Notes: generated by a model not told the origin, from the letters alone. Shown: positions 45,730 to 55,946, counted from the stretch's first letter. The stretch is DNA of 64,000 nucleotides from Treponema sp. TIM-1 (GCF_046533115.1 NZ_JAJQRC010000002.1:43708-107707); one strand, 5' to 3'. Numbers and translations: made by a program.

Positions 45730-45893
45730 ATGGCAAGATACTTTTTGCAAGTATTTTTTTAACACGCTTAATCCCCGCATATCCACGATCTAAACTCCCT
45801 TAATCCTGGGTAAAATATCCTGCCATATCCTATAATTATAACTATAGAAGATCTTGCCGATATTATGGTAGGAATATTCGGAGCATAAAACTA

Positions 45894-47339
45894 ATGGAGA
45901 AATTCAACTCTAATAAAAATAGAGATCAAGCCGGAAAAGTACCGGAAAGTAAAAATCCACAAAATCGTGCAACCGTTTTAAGGGAAAATAAAAATGACGG
46001 AAATATATCCGTAACTTTTTCTGAAGATGACCTGGAAGCCCGGGCGGACTTTATACCCGCCGTCGGAAATGGAGAACCCATCACCCTCGCCTATGTTTCT
46101 TCGGTCCTGGAACGGCTTAATATAGTCTACGGAATACAGGAAAAAACTATTCAGGAGGCAATCCTCCGGTGCAATCATGATAGAAAACCCATAAAAGATG
46201 TCCTCATCGCCCGGGGGGATCCCCCAAAAGATGAGGTACTTGAGTATTTTGAACTTGCCCCCAATCCGGCTTCGTCCCCGTCCGAGGCAAACAACCGTAT
46301 TGATTACCGCTCCCAGTCTCCCTTTGTCATCGTAAAAAAAGATCAGATCCTGGCGTATAAACGGCCCCGGGAAAAAGGGCAGGACGGTAAAAACATCCAT
46401 GGGGTGCTTATTCCCCGGGGCGTACTGCGGCCTGAAGGAGTTTCCGGAGGACAAAATACCAGAACCGACGAAAACCATATCATCGCGAAAATCGCGGGTC
46501 AATTGATAGAAAATAAAAAAGTCATCAGCGTCCAGGAATCGCTGGTGATAAAAGGCGGTGTAGGGTATGCCACGGGGAATATTATTTTTCCCGGGGATGT
46601 GATCATCGAAGGGCCGGTATCGGATGGATTTAAGATCTATTCCGGCGGCTCGGTGACCATAAAACAGACCTTTGACGTGACCGATGTGATCACCAAAAAT
46701 GATCTTACCGTAGCCGGTGGGATCATCGGCAGGGGCCGAGCCCTGGTTAAAGTTGGCGGAACCCTTAAGGCTAAATTCATAGAAAACTGCCGGGTGGCTT
46801 GTCGAAAAACCTTAATGGTGGAAACGGAGATCATCAATTCCAGTATATATGCCATGGAAAATATCGAGCTGGGGGATAAGGGAGTAATTGTCGGGGGGGA
46901 TATTACCGCCATCCATGGGATCCGGGCAGGGGCAATAGGTAAAAAATCCGGGAAACCTACCCATATCCATTGTGGAATTGATTTTACGGTCCAGCAGGAA
47001 AAAGAAAAAAACAATTATCAACTCCGGATCATCTCCGCCAAACTGGCAAAACTCAGGGAACTGATGGCTGTTCCGGAGCAAAACCCGGAAAAAAAAGCCA
47101 AAATGGAAGAACTTTTGCACCGTCTTGAGCAGGAGCAAAAGAAAACCGGGCAGCGGATCTCCGATCTGTTAGGCCGCTTGGAAGCGGATGATAAGGCCCT
47201 GGTGGAAGTAACCGGGGAAATTGCCCCGGGTACCCTGATCGAAATTTGTCAGATCGCCCTTTTTGTCGAAGAACCCTTACGGAAGGTACGGATAAGCTTG
47301 GATAAAACCAAGGGAAAACTCGTCTCCGAACCCTTGTAA
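45894..47339 (+). CDS. FapA (DUF342) family protein
   Basis: 481 aa. The beta-helical repeat region with G-x-I-x-G patterns and a C-terminal coiled coil are typical of FapA/DUF342. Confidence 0.65.
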   Translation: MEKFNSNKNRDQAGKVPESKNPQNRATVLRENKNDGNISVTFSEDDLEARADFIPAVGNGEPITLAYVSSVLERLNIVYGIQEKTIQEAILRCNHDRKPIKDVLIARGDPPKDEVLEYFELAPNPASSPSEANNRIDYRSQSPFVIVKKDQILAYKRPREKGQDGKNIHGVLIPRGVLRPEGVSGGQNTRTDENHIIAKIAGQLIENKKVISVQESLVIKGGVGYATGNIIFPGDVIIEGPVSDGFKIYSGGSVTIKQTFDVTDVITKNDLTVAGGIIGRGRALVKVGGTLKAKFIENCRVACRKTLMVETEIINSSIYAMENIELGDKGVIVGGDITAIHGIRAGAIGKKSGKPTHIHCGIDFTVQQEKEKNNYQLRIISAKLAKLRELMAVPEQNPEKKAKMEELLHRLEQEQKKTGQRISDLLGRLEADDKALVEVTGEIAPGTLIEICQIALFVEEPLRKVRISLDKTKGKLVSEPL

Positions 47340-47436
47340 AATACCTTTTAAACAGCCACCCCTGGTCCACGTTGTTGCCCGGTCTTGTGGGTCCCATCAT
47401 CTTCCCGCAAGAAGAAAAAATCGGTATGCTACTGTT

Positions 47437-48039
47437 ATGAGAAAGGAATTCCTCCCCTATGATGTAGTTCGGAATAATGCCCTCAAGCTGGCCCATCGTA
47501 TTTATCATGATGGATTTATACCCGATGTCATTTATGTTTCCCTCCGGGGCGGTGCGTATCTGGGGAATGTGATCAGTGAGTATTTTAAGATAGTTCGTGC
47601 CGGCGGCCGGCCGGTGTATTATGCGGCGGTGGTGGCCCGTTCCTACACCGATGTCCGTAAGGCGGGCAAGATCAAGGTTGAGGGCTGGACCTATGCGCCG
47701 GAACACCTCCGGGTAGGGGATAAAATCCTCTTGGTGGATGATATTTTTGATTCCGGCCAAACCATTAATTATCTGGGACAGATCATCCTGGAAAAGGGCA
47801 TACCCCGGGACGATTTAAAAGTGGCGGTCCACGACTATAAATATTTTTATGATAAACCGGACCAGCTTCCCATTCAGCCCGATTATTGGTGCAGAAAACA
47901 TGAACTATCCATCCACGAAGAGGACCGCTGGATCCATTATATGAGCCATGAGCTGGTGGGTCTAAGCAGGGAAGAACTGGAGGAGTATTATTATGCTCCG
48001 GATCCCCAACTGCGGAATGTCCTGGACGTGATTCCCTGA
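47437..48039 (+). CDS. Phosphoribosyltransferase domain protein
   Basis: The PRPP-binding motif is KILLVDDIFDSGQT. Confidence 0.65.
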   Translation: MRKEFLPYDVVRNNALKLAHRIYHDGFIPDVIYVSLRGGAYLGNVISEYFKIVRAGGRPVYYAAVVARSYTDVRKAGKIKVEGWTYAPEHLRVGDKILLVDDIFDSGQTINYLGQIILEKGIPRDDLKVAVHDYKYFYDKPDQLPIQPDYWCRKHELSIHEEDRWIHYMSHELVGLSREELEEYYYAPDPQLRNVLDVIP

Positions 48040-48044
48040 CCCCG

Positions 48045-48665
48045 ATGATATGCGGTATTGATGAAGCGGGCCGGGGGCCCTTGGCCGGCCCGGTCTGCGC
48101 CGCCGCGGTGATCCTCCCCGAAGATTTTCCCCGGGATGTCCTGGGGGATTCAAAAAAACTTAGCCCCCGGCAGCGGGAAGAGGCCATGAAAATCATCTAT
48201 CGGGGGGCCTTCGCCTGGGGCATCGGCTGGGCATCGGCTTTTGAGATCGACCGCATTAATATCCTTAAGGCGAGCCTCCTGGCCATGAAGCGGGCCTTTG
48301 AGGAGTTGGCCGCCGCTTCCCTGGCCGCACTCCCCCCCGGGCTCAGCGCCATTGTAGACGGCCTTTACGTACCGGATATCCCCCTCCCCTGCCGGGCCTT
48401 GGTCAAAGCCGACGCCCAAGTCCCCGAGGTTATGGCCGCCTCGATCCTCGCCAAAACCGCCCGGGATCGGATGATGGAACGGTATTCCTGGCTTTATCCC
48501 GACTACGGTTATGACCGGCATAAAGGCTATCCCACTCAGGACCACCTAAAAAGAATCGCCATCCATGGGCCGTCCCCTATCCAGCGCCGGAGTTTCAGGG
48601 TTAAACCGATCCAGCTACCCCTCTTTAATCATCCCGATCAGGATGGGGGCCCTCAGGACGGATAG
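48045..48665 (+). CDS. rnhB: Ribonuclease HII
   Basis: MICGIDEAGRGPLAGPV with the DEAGRG catalytic motif, and DSKKLS. Confidence 0.9.
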   Translation: MICGIDEAGRGPLAGPVCAAAVILPEDFPRDVLGDSKKLSPRQREEAMKIIYRGAFAWGIGWASAFEIDRINILKASLLAMKRAFEELAAASLAALPPGLSAIVDGLYVPDIPLPCRALVKADAQVPEVMAASILAKTARDRMMERYSWLYPDYGYDRHKGYPTQDHLKRIAIHGPSPIQRRSFRVKPIQLPLFNHPDQDGGPQDG

Positions 48666-49092
48666 CCCTAACGGAGCGGGGCTTCCGGGGGCCCGGTTTG
48701 GCGGCGCCGGTCTTGTTTTTTGCCTTCCCGGTTTTAAGCAGTACCCGTTTTCCCTTTTCCTGCGGGGCCTTCCCTCCCCGCTCAGGCCGCAGGAAGCGGG
48801 GATCCCCTTTTTCCCGGTCCCGATTCTCCTGAGGTTTTCGGTGTTCCCCCCGGTTCTTTTCCCGAAAGGCCTTTTCCAATACCTTGAGGGCTTCGTCAAA
48901 ACCCTGGAGAAATTCGGGAAGGTCTTCGGCAAAAAAGATCACCGATTGGCGTTCAAAGCCTCCGGAGTCCCGGTTTTTGCTTTCCACGATGTTGAGGTAG
49001 AGATCCCCCAGGCGGTTTTCTTTTACATTAAAAAAGTAGGTTCTATTTTGTAAAGAAACCTTGGTTGAAAACAATTCTCCCCGTATCCCCAT
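48625..49092 (-). CDS. DUF3276 (bacterial Pur-alpha-like) nucleic-acid-binding protein with a Lys/Arg-rich tail
   Basis: FSTKVSLQNRTYFFNVKENRLGDLYLNIVESK...QSVIFFAEDLPEFLQGFDEAL matches the DUF3276/PUR repeat. The C-terminal 60 aa are K/R/P-rich. The 3' end overlaps the rnhB 3' end by 41 bp. Confidence 0.6.
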   Translation of the reverse strand: MGIRGELFSTKVSLQNRTYFFNVKENRLGDLYLNIVESKNRDSGGFERQSVIFFAEDLPEFLQGFDEALKVLEKAFREKNRGEHRKPQENRDREKGDPRFLRPERGGKAPQEKGKRVLLKTGKAKNKTGAAKPGPRKPRSVRAIRPEGPHPDRDD

Positions 49093-49104
49093 ATTCCGCT
49101 CCTG

Positions 49105-51024
49105 TTAATTTCCGGCTTGATCCGCCCGGGTAACCAGGTGCCGCTGCCATTCGATAAGGTCCCGTTCCATCCGTTTATCCGAGCCTTCCACATCCGCCAT
49201 GATTCGGAAAACCGGTTCCGTACCGGAACCCCGCATCCAGATACAGGCCGGGACATGGCCGGTTTTGGTGGAAAAAAGGATCTTTAAGCCCCCCCGGCCG
49301 GCATCGCCGAAGCGGGAAAGTCCCCGTTTTTCCTCCATTCCTACAAAGGCGGTGGCGCTCCACCCGGTGATACCGTAACGGGCGTTAAAGTAATCCTTTC
49401 GTTCCTCCCATTCCTGGAGAAAAAATTCCTGGTACCGGTTTTTGAGGAGCCCGTGATCGACGGTTTTGATCCGCAGTAACGCCTCCGGGGTATAGGAACC
49501 GGTGGTGATAAAGGGAGGGAGGGCGGCGATAATATCCGCCAGGGTAAAATCAGGATGGTATACCTCGGCTTGATCCGACAGATCACACCAGAGTTCAAAA
49601 AAGCCCTTCCGTTCCCCTTCGCTCCGGATGGTAAGGAGTTTTACCAGGGCCAACACCGTATTAATGGGATCCCGTACCGCCGAAGGATGGGTAATATTAC
49701 CCCCGGCGGATCCTTCCCCCAGGATCCGTACCAGATATCCCTGTTCCCGGAGCTTCCGGGCCAGGCCAACCACATTAGCCTCCCCCACTTCGGCCCGGAA
49801 AACCGACACGTCAAAGGCCTTGGCAATCCGATCCACCCGCATGGAGGTAGGGCCGTTCACCGCAATAGCCGCTTTTCGCAGGGCGTTTCCCTTATTATCA
49901 AACTGAAGTTCGCCGGTCCAAACCAGGTGGGCCAATTCGGAAACACAGGCCAGGGCGAAAACTTCCTGGGCTTCCAGGGCCCGGGCCCGTCCCTGGGTTT
50001 CGTCCCAGAAAACCAGATTTCCCCGGTCCCCGTCACAATCCGGCACATAGCCGATAACCACCCCGGGATTCTCCCGGTGGAGTTGCTCCACAAACTGCCG
50101 GCAGGGTTCCAGGGATTCCCCCTCGGGGACGATACGGTGGGCGATTTCCCGGGGTTTTTGAAACATTCCGTAAAAACCCAGCCCCAGGGAAGTAAGAAAT
50201 TCCCGGTCTATAGATAAGGTCCGGGCGGATCCGTTAAAATCCGCCGCCACCCCCAGGAAATGGTTCCGTAAACTTCGGGTCATAACCTCAAAAAGGGAGC
50301 TTTCCCCGGCATTTTCGGTTCCTCCGGTAAGTTCCCGGGTAAAGGAGAGATACGCCCCATAGGCTTCGGCTTTGATCTCCTGAAGGCCTAAATACACCTG
50401 GGTGAGTTCCGGAATATTCCCATACCCCACCCAGGAAACCGCCTGGGGTATAACCTGGGGATCCGCCATCCGGGCCCGGAACGCTTCAATCAGGAGCAGC
50501 GCCTCCGGTGCGGGGAGAACCCCCCCATCGGTAAGACCGAATTTAAGACCGTTATGCCCTATGGGGTTATGGCTGGCGGAGATATATACAAACCCCTGGG
50601 CTTTGCCGGTCCGGGCATAGGCCATGATCTCCGGGGCAGCGATGATAAAGGCGAACCGTACCCCGCAGCCCTGTGCCAAAAAGGTCCGGATCATCGGATC
50701 CGCTATGGCCGGTCCCGTGGGTCTTGAGTCCATTCCGACTATTACCTGGGGATGTTCCAGGCCCGTTTTTTGTTTAAGATATTCCGCAAAGATCCCGGCC
50801 GCAATACTGGCTATAACCCCATGGACCGGACTTATTTCTTCTCCGGGGCTCTCCTCATCGCCGTTTTTCGCGAAGATCCCCCGCCACCCCGATGCCGAAA
50901 GGATCATTTTATCCAGCACTTCATCCAAACGGGTCTTGGTCAAAGCCGGATCATCCCCTTTGAAGGGAAGTACCGCAGGATCGGCAATAAAAAGTCCCGA
51001 ATCAGGATGCCGTATTAACGCCAT
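49105..51024 (-). CDS. Phosphoglucomutase/phosphomannomutase family protein (long form)
   Basis: The active-site Ser motif is SASHNPIGHNGLKF, with Mg-binding DCDGDR. 639 aa. Confidence 0.85.
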   Translation of the reverse strand: MALIRHPDSGLFIADPAVLPFKGDDPALTKTRLDEVLDKMILSASGWRGIFAKNGDEESPGEEISPVHGVIASIAAGIFAEYLKQKTGLEHPQVIVGMDSRPTGPAIADPMIRTFLAQGCGVRFAFIIAAPEIMAYARTGKAQGFVYISASHNPIGHNGLKFGLTDGGVLPAPEALLLIEAFRARMADPQVIPQAVSWVGYGNIPELTQVYLGLQEIKAEAYGAYLSFTRELTGGTENAGESSLFEVMTRSLRNHFLGVAADFNGSARTLSIDREFLTSLGLGFYGMFQKPREIAHRIVPEGESLEPCRQFVEQLHRENPGVVIGYVPDCDGDRGNLVFWDETQGRARALEAQEVFALACVSELAHLVWTGELQFDNKGNALRKAAIAVNGPTSMRVDRIAKAFDVSVFRAEVGEANVVGLARKLREQGYLVRILGEGSAGGNITHPSAVRDPINTVLALVKLLTIRSEGERKGFFELWCDLSDQAEVYHPDFTLADIIAALPPFITTGSYTPEALLRIKTVDHGLLKNRYQEFFLQEWEERKDYFNARYGITGWSATAFVGMEEKRGLSRFGDAGRGGLKILFSTKTGHVPACIWMRGSGTEPVFRIMADVEGSDKRMERDLIEWQRHLVTRADQAGN

Positions 51025-51049
51025 AGGGCAAACTCCTTGTTACCAGAGG

Positions 51050-51080
51050 CGGTTTCAAAAAAATCTAATTTTTGAAACCG
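51050..51080. promoter_or_regulatory. Perfect palindrome CGGTTTCAAAAA-aatctaa-TTTTTGAAACCG, 25 nt upstream of the phosphoglucomutase start
   Basis: 12-bp perfect arms. It differs from the 43507 copy only at the innermost position and in spacer length (7 nt). Confidence 0.5.
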
Positions 51081-51178
51081 GTTCAATATAAAAACCCATA
51101 AGGGGGAAAATAGTATACTGGTTTTTGAATTCTATTGCTATAGCCAACGGCAGCTCCGGACGAGGGGGGATATATTAC

Positions 51179-51207
51179 TTGACAGGGATTTCTCCCCTGT
51201 TTATACT
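51179..51207 (+). promoter_or_regulatory. Candidate sigma70 promoter TTGACA-N17-TATACT for the aroF leader
   Basis: TTGACA at 51179-51184, a 17-nt spacer, and TATACT at 51202-51207. It lies in the divergent intergenic region between the phosphoglucomutase gene and aroF. Confidence 0.5.
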
Positions 51208-51228
51208 CCCCTATCATAAGGAAACAAG

Positions 51229-51363
51229 GTGTTTAATTCCGCGGCTTACAAGATATTCTTTATCACCGGTTGCAAGGCCGGTTTTTCTCTTTCCTCCTAT
51301 TACTATTATTATTACCGGTCTTTATGTCCCGCGGAGCCGATAGGTTTTAGGTTAAAAACCTAA
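51229..51363 (+). CDS. Candidate leader peptide (44 aa) with six consecutive Tyr codons
   Basis: AAGGA RBS at 51218-22, 6 nt, then GTG at 51229. Translation is MFNSAAYKIFFITGCKAGFSLSSYYYYYYRSLCPAEPIGFRLKT* with TAT TAC TAT TAT TAT TAC at 51298-51315. The stop codon lies inside a hairpin. It sits upstream of DAHP synthase and prephenate dehydrogenase. Confidence 0.35.
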   Translation: MFNSAAYKIFFITGCKAGFSLSSYYYYYYRSLCPAEPIGFRLKT

Positions 51364-51387
51364 AAACAGGCAAAACCTGATAATTCA

Positions 51388-51428
51388 GGGAGATCCCGGG
51401 ATAAATTAACCGGGGTCTCCCTTTTTTT
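51388..51428 (+). terminator. Intrinsic terminator/attenuator hairpin in the aroF 5' leader
   Basis: GGGAGATCCCGG-gataaattaa-CCGGGGTCTCCC is a 12-bp stem with one G.U pair. It is followed by TTTTTTT and ends about 48 nt before the aroF ATG. Confidence 0.55.
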
Positions 51429-51475
51429 ATGTCCGGCGGGATTTTAAATCCCGGAAAAACAACCAGGAGGTTATC

Positions 51476-52501
51476 ATGATTATCGCCTTAAAACCGGAAG
51501 CGGAAAAAGGGGAAGTAGAGAAATTTACGGTTTTTCTTGAACAGCAGGGGGTAACGGTCCACTATTCCCAGGGAGCATCCCGGATCGTATTGGGCCTGGT
51601 GGGGGATACCCAGGGGATCAACGCCGAAGCCCTCAGGGCTCACCATGTGGTAGAAAAGGTTATTCGGGTACAGGAGCCCTATAAGCGGGCGAATCGGCTT
51701 TTTCACCCCGAGGATACCCGGATTGAGGTACCCGGGCCGGATGGTATTATTCGGAGCATCGGCGGGGTTTCCCTGGGTATTATCGCCGGCCCCTGTTCGG
51801 TAGAAAACCGGGATCAGATCCTCCAGGTGGCCAGGGAAGTAAAAAAAGCCGGGGCGGGATTTCTCCGGGGCGGGGCTTTTAAACCCCGGACCAGTCCCTA
51901 TAGTTTTCAGGGTCTGGGATGTGAAGGGCTTGACCTGCTTCTGGAGGCAAAAAAAGAAACGGGCCTGCCCATTGTAACCGAACTTATGGGAAATCACCAG
52001 CTTGAGGTTTTTGAGGATGTGGACATCATCCAGGTGGGGGCCCGGAACATGCAGAATTTTACCCTCCTTAAAGAACTGGGGAGAAGCCGTAAGCCCATAC
52101 TCCTCAAGCGGGGTTACGCCTGTACCTTAACGGAACTCCTCATGGCTGCGGAGTACATCATGGCCGGCGGGAACGACCGGATCATCCTCTGTGAACGAGG
52201 GATCCGTACCTTCGGCAGTTTCACCCGGAATACCTTAGATCTGTCGGCAATCCCGGCCCTGAAAAAGCAAAGCCACCTTCCGGTAATCGTGGATCCCAGC
52301 CATGCCACGGGTCTTGCCTGGATGGTCCCCTCCATGGCCAAGGCCGCCCTGGCAGCGGGGGCCGACGGTGTCATCATCGAAGTCCACAACGATCCGGAAA
52401 ACGCCCTCTGCGATGGGGAACAGTCCCTCACTCCGGAAGAATTCGCCCGGCTCATGGACTCCTTAAAAAAATACGCCGCCCTGGAAGGCCGGGTCCTCTA
52501 G
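51476..52501 (+). CDS. aroF: 3-deoxy-7-phosphoheptulonate (DAHP) synthase, type I-beta with an N-terminal ferredoxin-like regulatory domain
   Basis: The KDO8PS/DAHPS I-beta core has GPCSVEN and KPRTSPYSFQGLG. An N-terminal extension of about 80 aa resembles the Thermotoga-type regulatory domain. Confidence 0.85.
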   Translation: MIIALKPEAEKGEVEKFTVFLEQQGVTVHYSQGASRIVLGLVGDTQGINAEALRAHHVVEKVIRVQEPYKRANRLFHPEDTRIEVPGPDGIIRSIGGVSLGIIAGPCSVENRDQILQVAREVKKAGAGFLRGGAFKPRTSPYSFQGLGCEGLDLLLEAKKETGLPIVTELMGNHQLEVFEDVDIIQVGARNMQNFTLLKELGRSRKPILLKRGYACTLTELLMAAEYIMAGGNDRIILCERGIRTFGSFTRNTLDLSAIPALKKQSHLPVIVDPSHATGLAWMVPSMAKAALAAGADGVIIEVHNDPENALCDGEQSLTPEEFARLMDSLKKYAALEGRVL

Positions 52502-52504
52502 CCT

Positions 52505-53374
52505 ATGAAACCAATCGAAAACAACGTGGTGGGGATCATCGGGCTGGGGCTTATGGGCGGCGCCATAGCCATGGCCTTGCGATCCGGGGGGCTTATCCCC
52601 CCGGGAGGCCGGGGACGGATCCTGGGCTGCGACATCGACGGGGATACCCTGGCGGCGGCCCGGGTGGACGGGGTTATCGACGAGGGTTTCACCTCCCCGG
52701 AACCCCTGCTGGGACGCTGCGATATGATCTTTCTCTGCCTCAACCCCGCCACCCTGCTGGAATTTATGGAAAAACAGATGAGGGCCTTCCGTCCCGGGAC
52801 CCTGATCACCGATATTGCCGGTATTAAGGGACATATTGCCGCGGCCATGGAAACCACCCTCCGGGAGGATCTGGACTTTATACCGGGACATCCCATGGCG
52901 GGGAGCGAAGGGGGAGGCTATGGGAACGCGAAAAAATGTGATTTTCACGGAAAAAATTATATCCTCACCCCCCTGAAACGGAACAAGGGCGAAAATTTGG
53001 AATACCTTAAAGCCCTGCTATACCGGATGGGTTTCGGCAGGATCACCTGTACCACGGCGGAAGAACACGACCGGAAGATCGCCTTTACCAGCCAGCTCTG
53101 TCACGTTATTGCCGCGGCCCTCATCAACTGCGAGGCTGACCGGGAGATTACCCGCTTTGGAGGGGGGAGTTTTGAGGACCTTACCCGGATAGCCATACTC
53201 AACGTTCCCCTGTGGACTGAACTCTTTTTGGAAAACCGGGATGCCCTCCTCCACCGGATCACCCAATTTGAGGAAAGTCTGGAGAAAATCAAAGGGCTTA
53301 TCGCCGAGGAACAAAAAGAGGAATTACAGGAGACCCTCAGGACCGTGCGGAACCGGCGGGCTGCTATGGGATAA
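52505..53374 (+). CDS. tyrA: Prephenate (arogenate) dehydrogenase
   Basis: Rossmann motif VGIIGLGLMGGAIAMAL, and the TyrA core with HPMAGSE. Confidence 0.8.
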   Translation: MKPIENNVVGIIGLGLMGGAIAMALRSGGLIPPGGRGRILGCDIDGDTLAAARVDGVIDEGFTSPEPLLGRCDMIFLCLNPATLLEFMEKQMRAFRPGTLITDIAGIKGHIAAAMETTLREDLDFIPGHPMAGSEGGGYGNAKKCDFHGKNYILTPLKRNKGENLEYLKALLYRMGFGRITCTTAEEHDRKIAFTSQLCHVIAAALINCEADREITRFGGGSFEDLTRIAILNVPLWTELFLENRDALLHRITQFEESLEKIKGLIAEEQKEELQETLRTVRNRRAAMG

Positions 53375-53395
53375 GACGCATACCAGTAGCAGGCC

Positions 53396-55879
53396 CTATG
53401 GTTTTACCACCAGGTTGACCAGTTTATCCGGTACGGTGATCACCTTGACCAGCGTTTGTCCCTCGGTCCATTTGCGAAGTCCCGGCAGGGCCCGGGCGGT
53501 CCGCTCCAACTCCTCCCGGGGGGTTCCTGCCGCGGCCACAAACTTGTCCCGGATCTTGCCGTTGATCTGGACCACAATGGTAAGTTCCTCCTCCCGGGTG
53601 AGGGCATCATCATAGTTGGGCCAGGGGGCTTTGGATGCCGATTCGGGATGGCCCAGTTTTTCCCATAATTCTTCCCCAAGATGGGGAGCATAGGCGCCGA
53701 CCATCAGTACCAGGGGTTCCCAGAGGTCCCGGGGGACCTCCTTTAATTTGGCCAGTTCATTGGAATAAACCATCATGGCGCTGATGGCGGTGTTGAAGTT
53801 CAGGGTTTCGGTATCGGCGCTCACCTTCTTGATGGTCTTGTGGAGGAGTCTGACCAATCCGGCCCAGGGGGGGGGGATTTCCCCGGATCCGGCGGGGAGG
53901 CCTTCAGTCACGGGTTTTTCACTGATGGCCCAAAGCCGTTCCAGGAAGCGGGAGACCCCCACGAGCCCCGCGGTGATCCAAGGCTTGGTGACTTCCAGGG
54001 GACCCATGAACATCTCGTAGACCCGCATGGCGTCGGCGCCGTATTCCCGGATAATGTCGTCGGGGTTGATGACGTTCCCCCGGCTTTTGCTCATCTTTTG
54101 GTTGTCCTCCCCCAGGATCATCCCCTGATTCACCAGCCGCTGAAAGGGCTCCGGGGTGTTGACCAGGCCCAGGTCGTAGAGGACCTTGTGCCAGAACCGG
54201 GCGTAGAGGAGGTGGAGGACCGCGTGTTCCGTGCCCCCCACATAGAGGTCCACCGGGGCCCAGTAGTCCACGGCGGCGCGGTCCGCGAAGGTTTTTTTGT
54301 TGTGGGGGTCCAGGTAGCGGAGGTAGTACCAGCAGGAGCCTGCCCATTGGGGCATGGTGTTGGTTTCCCGCTTGGCGGGGCCCCCGCAACGGGGGCAGGT
54401 GGTATTTACCCAATGGTCGATCAGGGCCAGGGGGGATTCCCCGGTACCGGTGGGTTTGTAGGACTCCACCTCGGGCAGGATCAGGGGCAACTCCGTCTCC
54501 GGTAGGGGAATGATGGGGGAGCCGTGGACCTTCCCGCAGTGTTCGCAGTGGACCACAGGGATAGGCTCCCCCCAGTACCGCTGGCGGCTGAAGATCCAAT
54601 CCCGGAGCTTGTAGTTTACCGCCTTTTTCCCGATACCCTTTTCCTCAAGCCATGCGGTGATCCTTTTGATAGCCTCCGCCGTAGGGAGCCCGCTAAATTG
54701 ACCGGAATTCACCGACCAGCCATCGGCAACGGTACATTCCGCCGGTTCCCCGGAATAATCCTTTCCCGCTTCTACCTTCTCGCTGCTCACCACTAGGCGT
54801 ATGGGCAGTTTGAAGGCCTTGGCAAATTCCCAGTCCCGTTCGTCATGGGCGGGGACCGCCATGATAGCCCCGGTTCCGTAGGAAATGAGGACATAATCGG
54901 CAATCCAGATGGGGATCCGCTCCCCGTTTACCGGGTTCACCGCGTAGGCCCCGGAAAAAACCCCGGTTTTGACCTTGGCCAGGTCGGTCCGTTCCAGGTC
55001 GCTTTTCTTGGCCGCCGCATCCAAATAGGCGGTAACCGCCGCTTTTTGTTCCGGCGTGGTGATTTTGTCCACCAGGGGATGCTCCGGGGCCAAAACCATA
55101 TAGGTTACCCCAAAAAGGGTATCCGGCCGGGTGGTGTATATTTCGAGTTTATCGGGATGCCTCTCCAGGGCAAAAAAAACATTGGCCCCCTCGGAACGGC
55201 CTATCCAGTTCCGCTGCATGAGTTTCACCGGCTCGGGCCAGTCCAGGCCGTCCAGATCCGCCAGGAGCCGTTCCGCATAGGCGGTGATCCGGAGTATCCA
55301 CTGGCGGATCCGCTTCCGGCTTACCTTGGTGCCGCAGCGTTCACAGAGGCCGTCCTTGACCTCCTCGTTGGCCAGACCGGTCATACAGGAGGGGCACCAG
55401 TTGATGGGGCTTTCCGCCTCGTAGGCCAGGCCCTTTTCAAAAAGTTTGAGGAAGATCCACTGGGTCCAGGTATAATATTCCGGGCTTGAGGTATCCACCT
55501 CCCGGTCCCAGTCGTATGAGAAGCCCAGGGTCTTTATCTGGGATCGGAATTTGTTGATGTTCGCCGCGGTAGTCACCGCCGGGTGGGTTCCGGTTTTGAT
55601 GGCGTAGTTTTCCGCAGGAAGGCCAAAGGCGTCAAACCCCATGGGATGAAGCACATTGTACCCCTTCATCCTGAGGTAACGGCAATAGATATCCGTCGCG
55701 GTATACCCCTCGGGATGGCCCACATGGAGTCCCTGGGAGGAGGGATAGGGGAACATATCCAGCACATAGCGGCGCTTTTCCTTGGGAAAGGCGGGATCCT
55801 CTATCGCCTTAAAAGTTTTATGTTCCTCCCAGTATTTTTGCCATTTTTCCTCAATCGTAATAAAAGGGTATTTTGCCAT
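53396..55879 (-). CDS. leuS: Leucine--tRNA ligase
   Basis: 827 aa with HIGH-type motif [17 protein letters not shown], and CP1 editing and zinc motifs. Confidence 0.95.
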   Translation of the reverse strand: MAKYPFITIEEKWQKYWEEHKTFKAIEDPAFPKEKRRYVLDMFPYPSSQGLHVGHPEGYTATDIYCRYLRMKGYNVLHPMGFDAFGLPAENYAIKTGTHPAVTTAANINKFRSQIKTLGFSYDWDREVDTSSPEYYTWTQWIFLKLFEKGLAYEAESPINWCPSCMTGLANEEVKDGLCERCGTKVSRKRIRQWILRITAYAERLLADLDGLDWPEPVKLMQRNWIGRSEGANVFFALERHPDKLEIYTTRPDTLFGVTYMVLAPEHPLVDKITTPEQKAAVTAYLDAAAKKSDLERTDLAKVKTGVFSGAYAVNPVNGERIPIWIADYVLISYGTGAIMAVPAHDERDWEFAKAFKLPIRLVVSSEKVEAGKDYSGEPAECTVADGWSVNSGQFSGLPTAEAIKRITAWLEEKGIGKKAVNYKLRDWIFSRQRYWGEPIPVVHCEHCGKVHGSPIIPLPETELPLILPEVESYKPTGTGESPLALIDHWVNTTCPRCGGPAKRETNTMPQWAGSCWYYLRYLDPHNKKTFADRAAVDYWAPVDLYVGGTEHAVLHLLYARFWHKVLYDLGLVNTPEPFQRLVNQGMILGEDNQKMSKSRGNVINPDDIIREYGADAMRVYEMFMGPLEVTKPWITAGLVGVSRFLERLWAISEKPVTEGLPAGSGEIPPPWAGLVRLLHKTIKKVSADTETLNFNTAISAMMVYSNELAKLKEVPRDLWEPLVLMVGAYAPHLGEELWEKLGHPESASKAPWPNYDDALTREEELTIVVQINGKIRDKFVAAAGTPREELERTARALPGLRKWTEGQTLVKVITVPDKLVNLVVKP

Positions 55880-55946
55880 TCCTCGTTGGACTCCTTTTTC
55901 AGTTGGGTTCCGTTAACGCCCCAGGATCAGGACGATCCCCGCTAGT

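Noticed and set aside
51125-51343. 72-aa ORF in the aroF leader region (frame encoding ...PPITIIITG...)
   Set aside because: It has no RBS and begins upstream of the predicted promoter. The Tyr-run frame with an RBS and GTG start is the more plausible coding frame if any. The alternative frame (FLLLLLLLPV) has no start codon.
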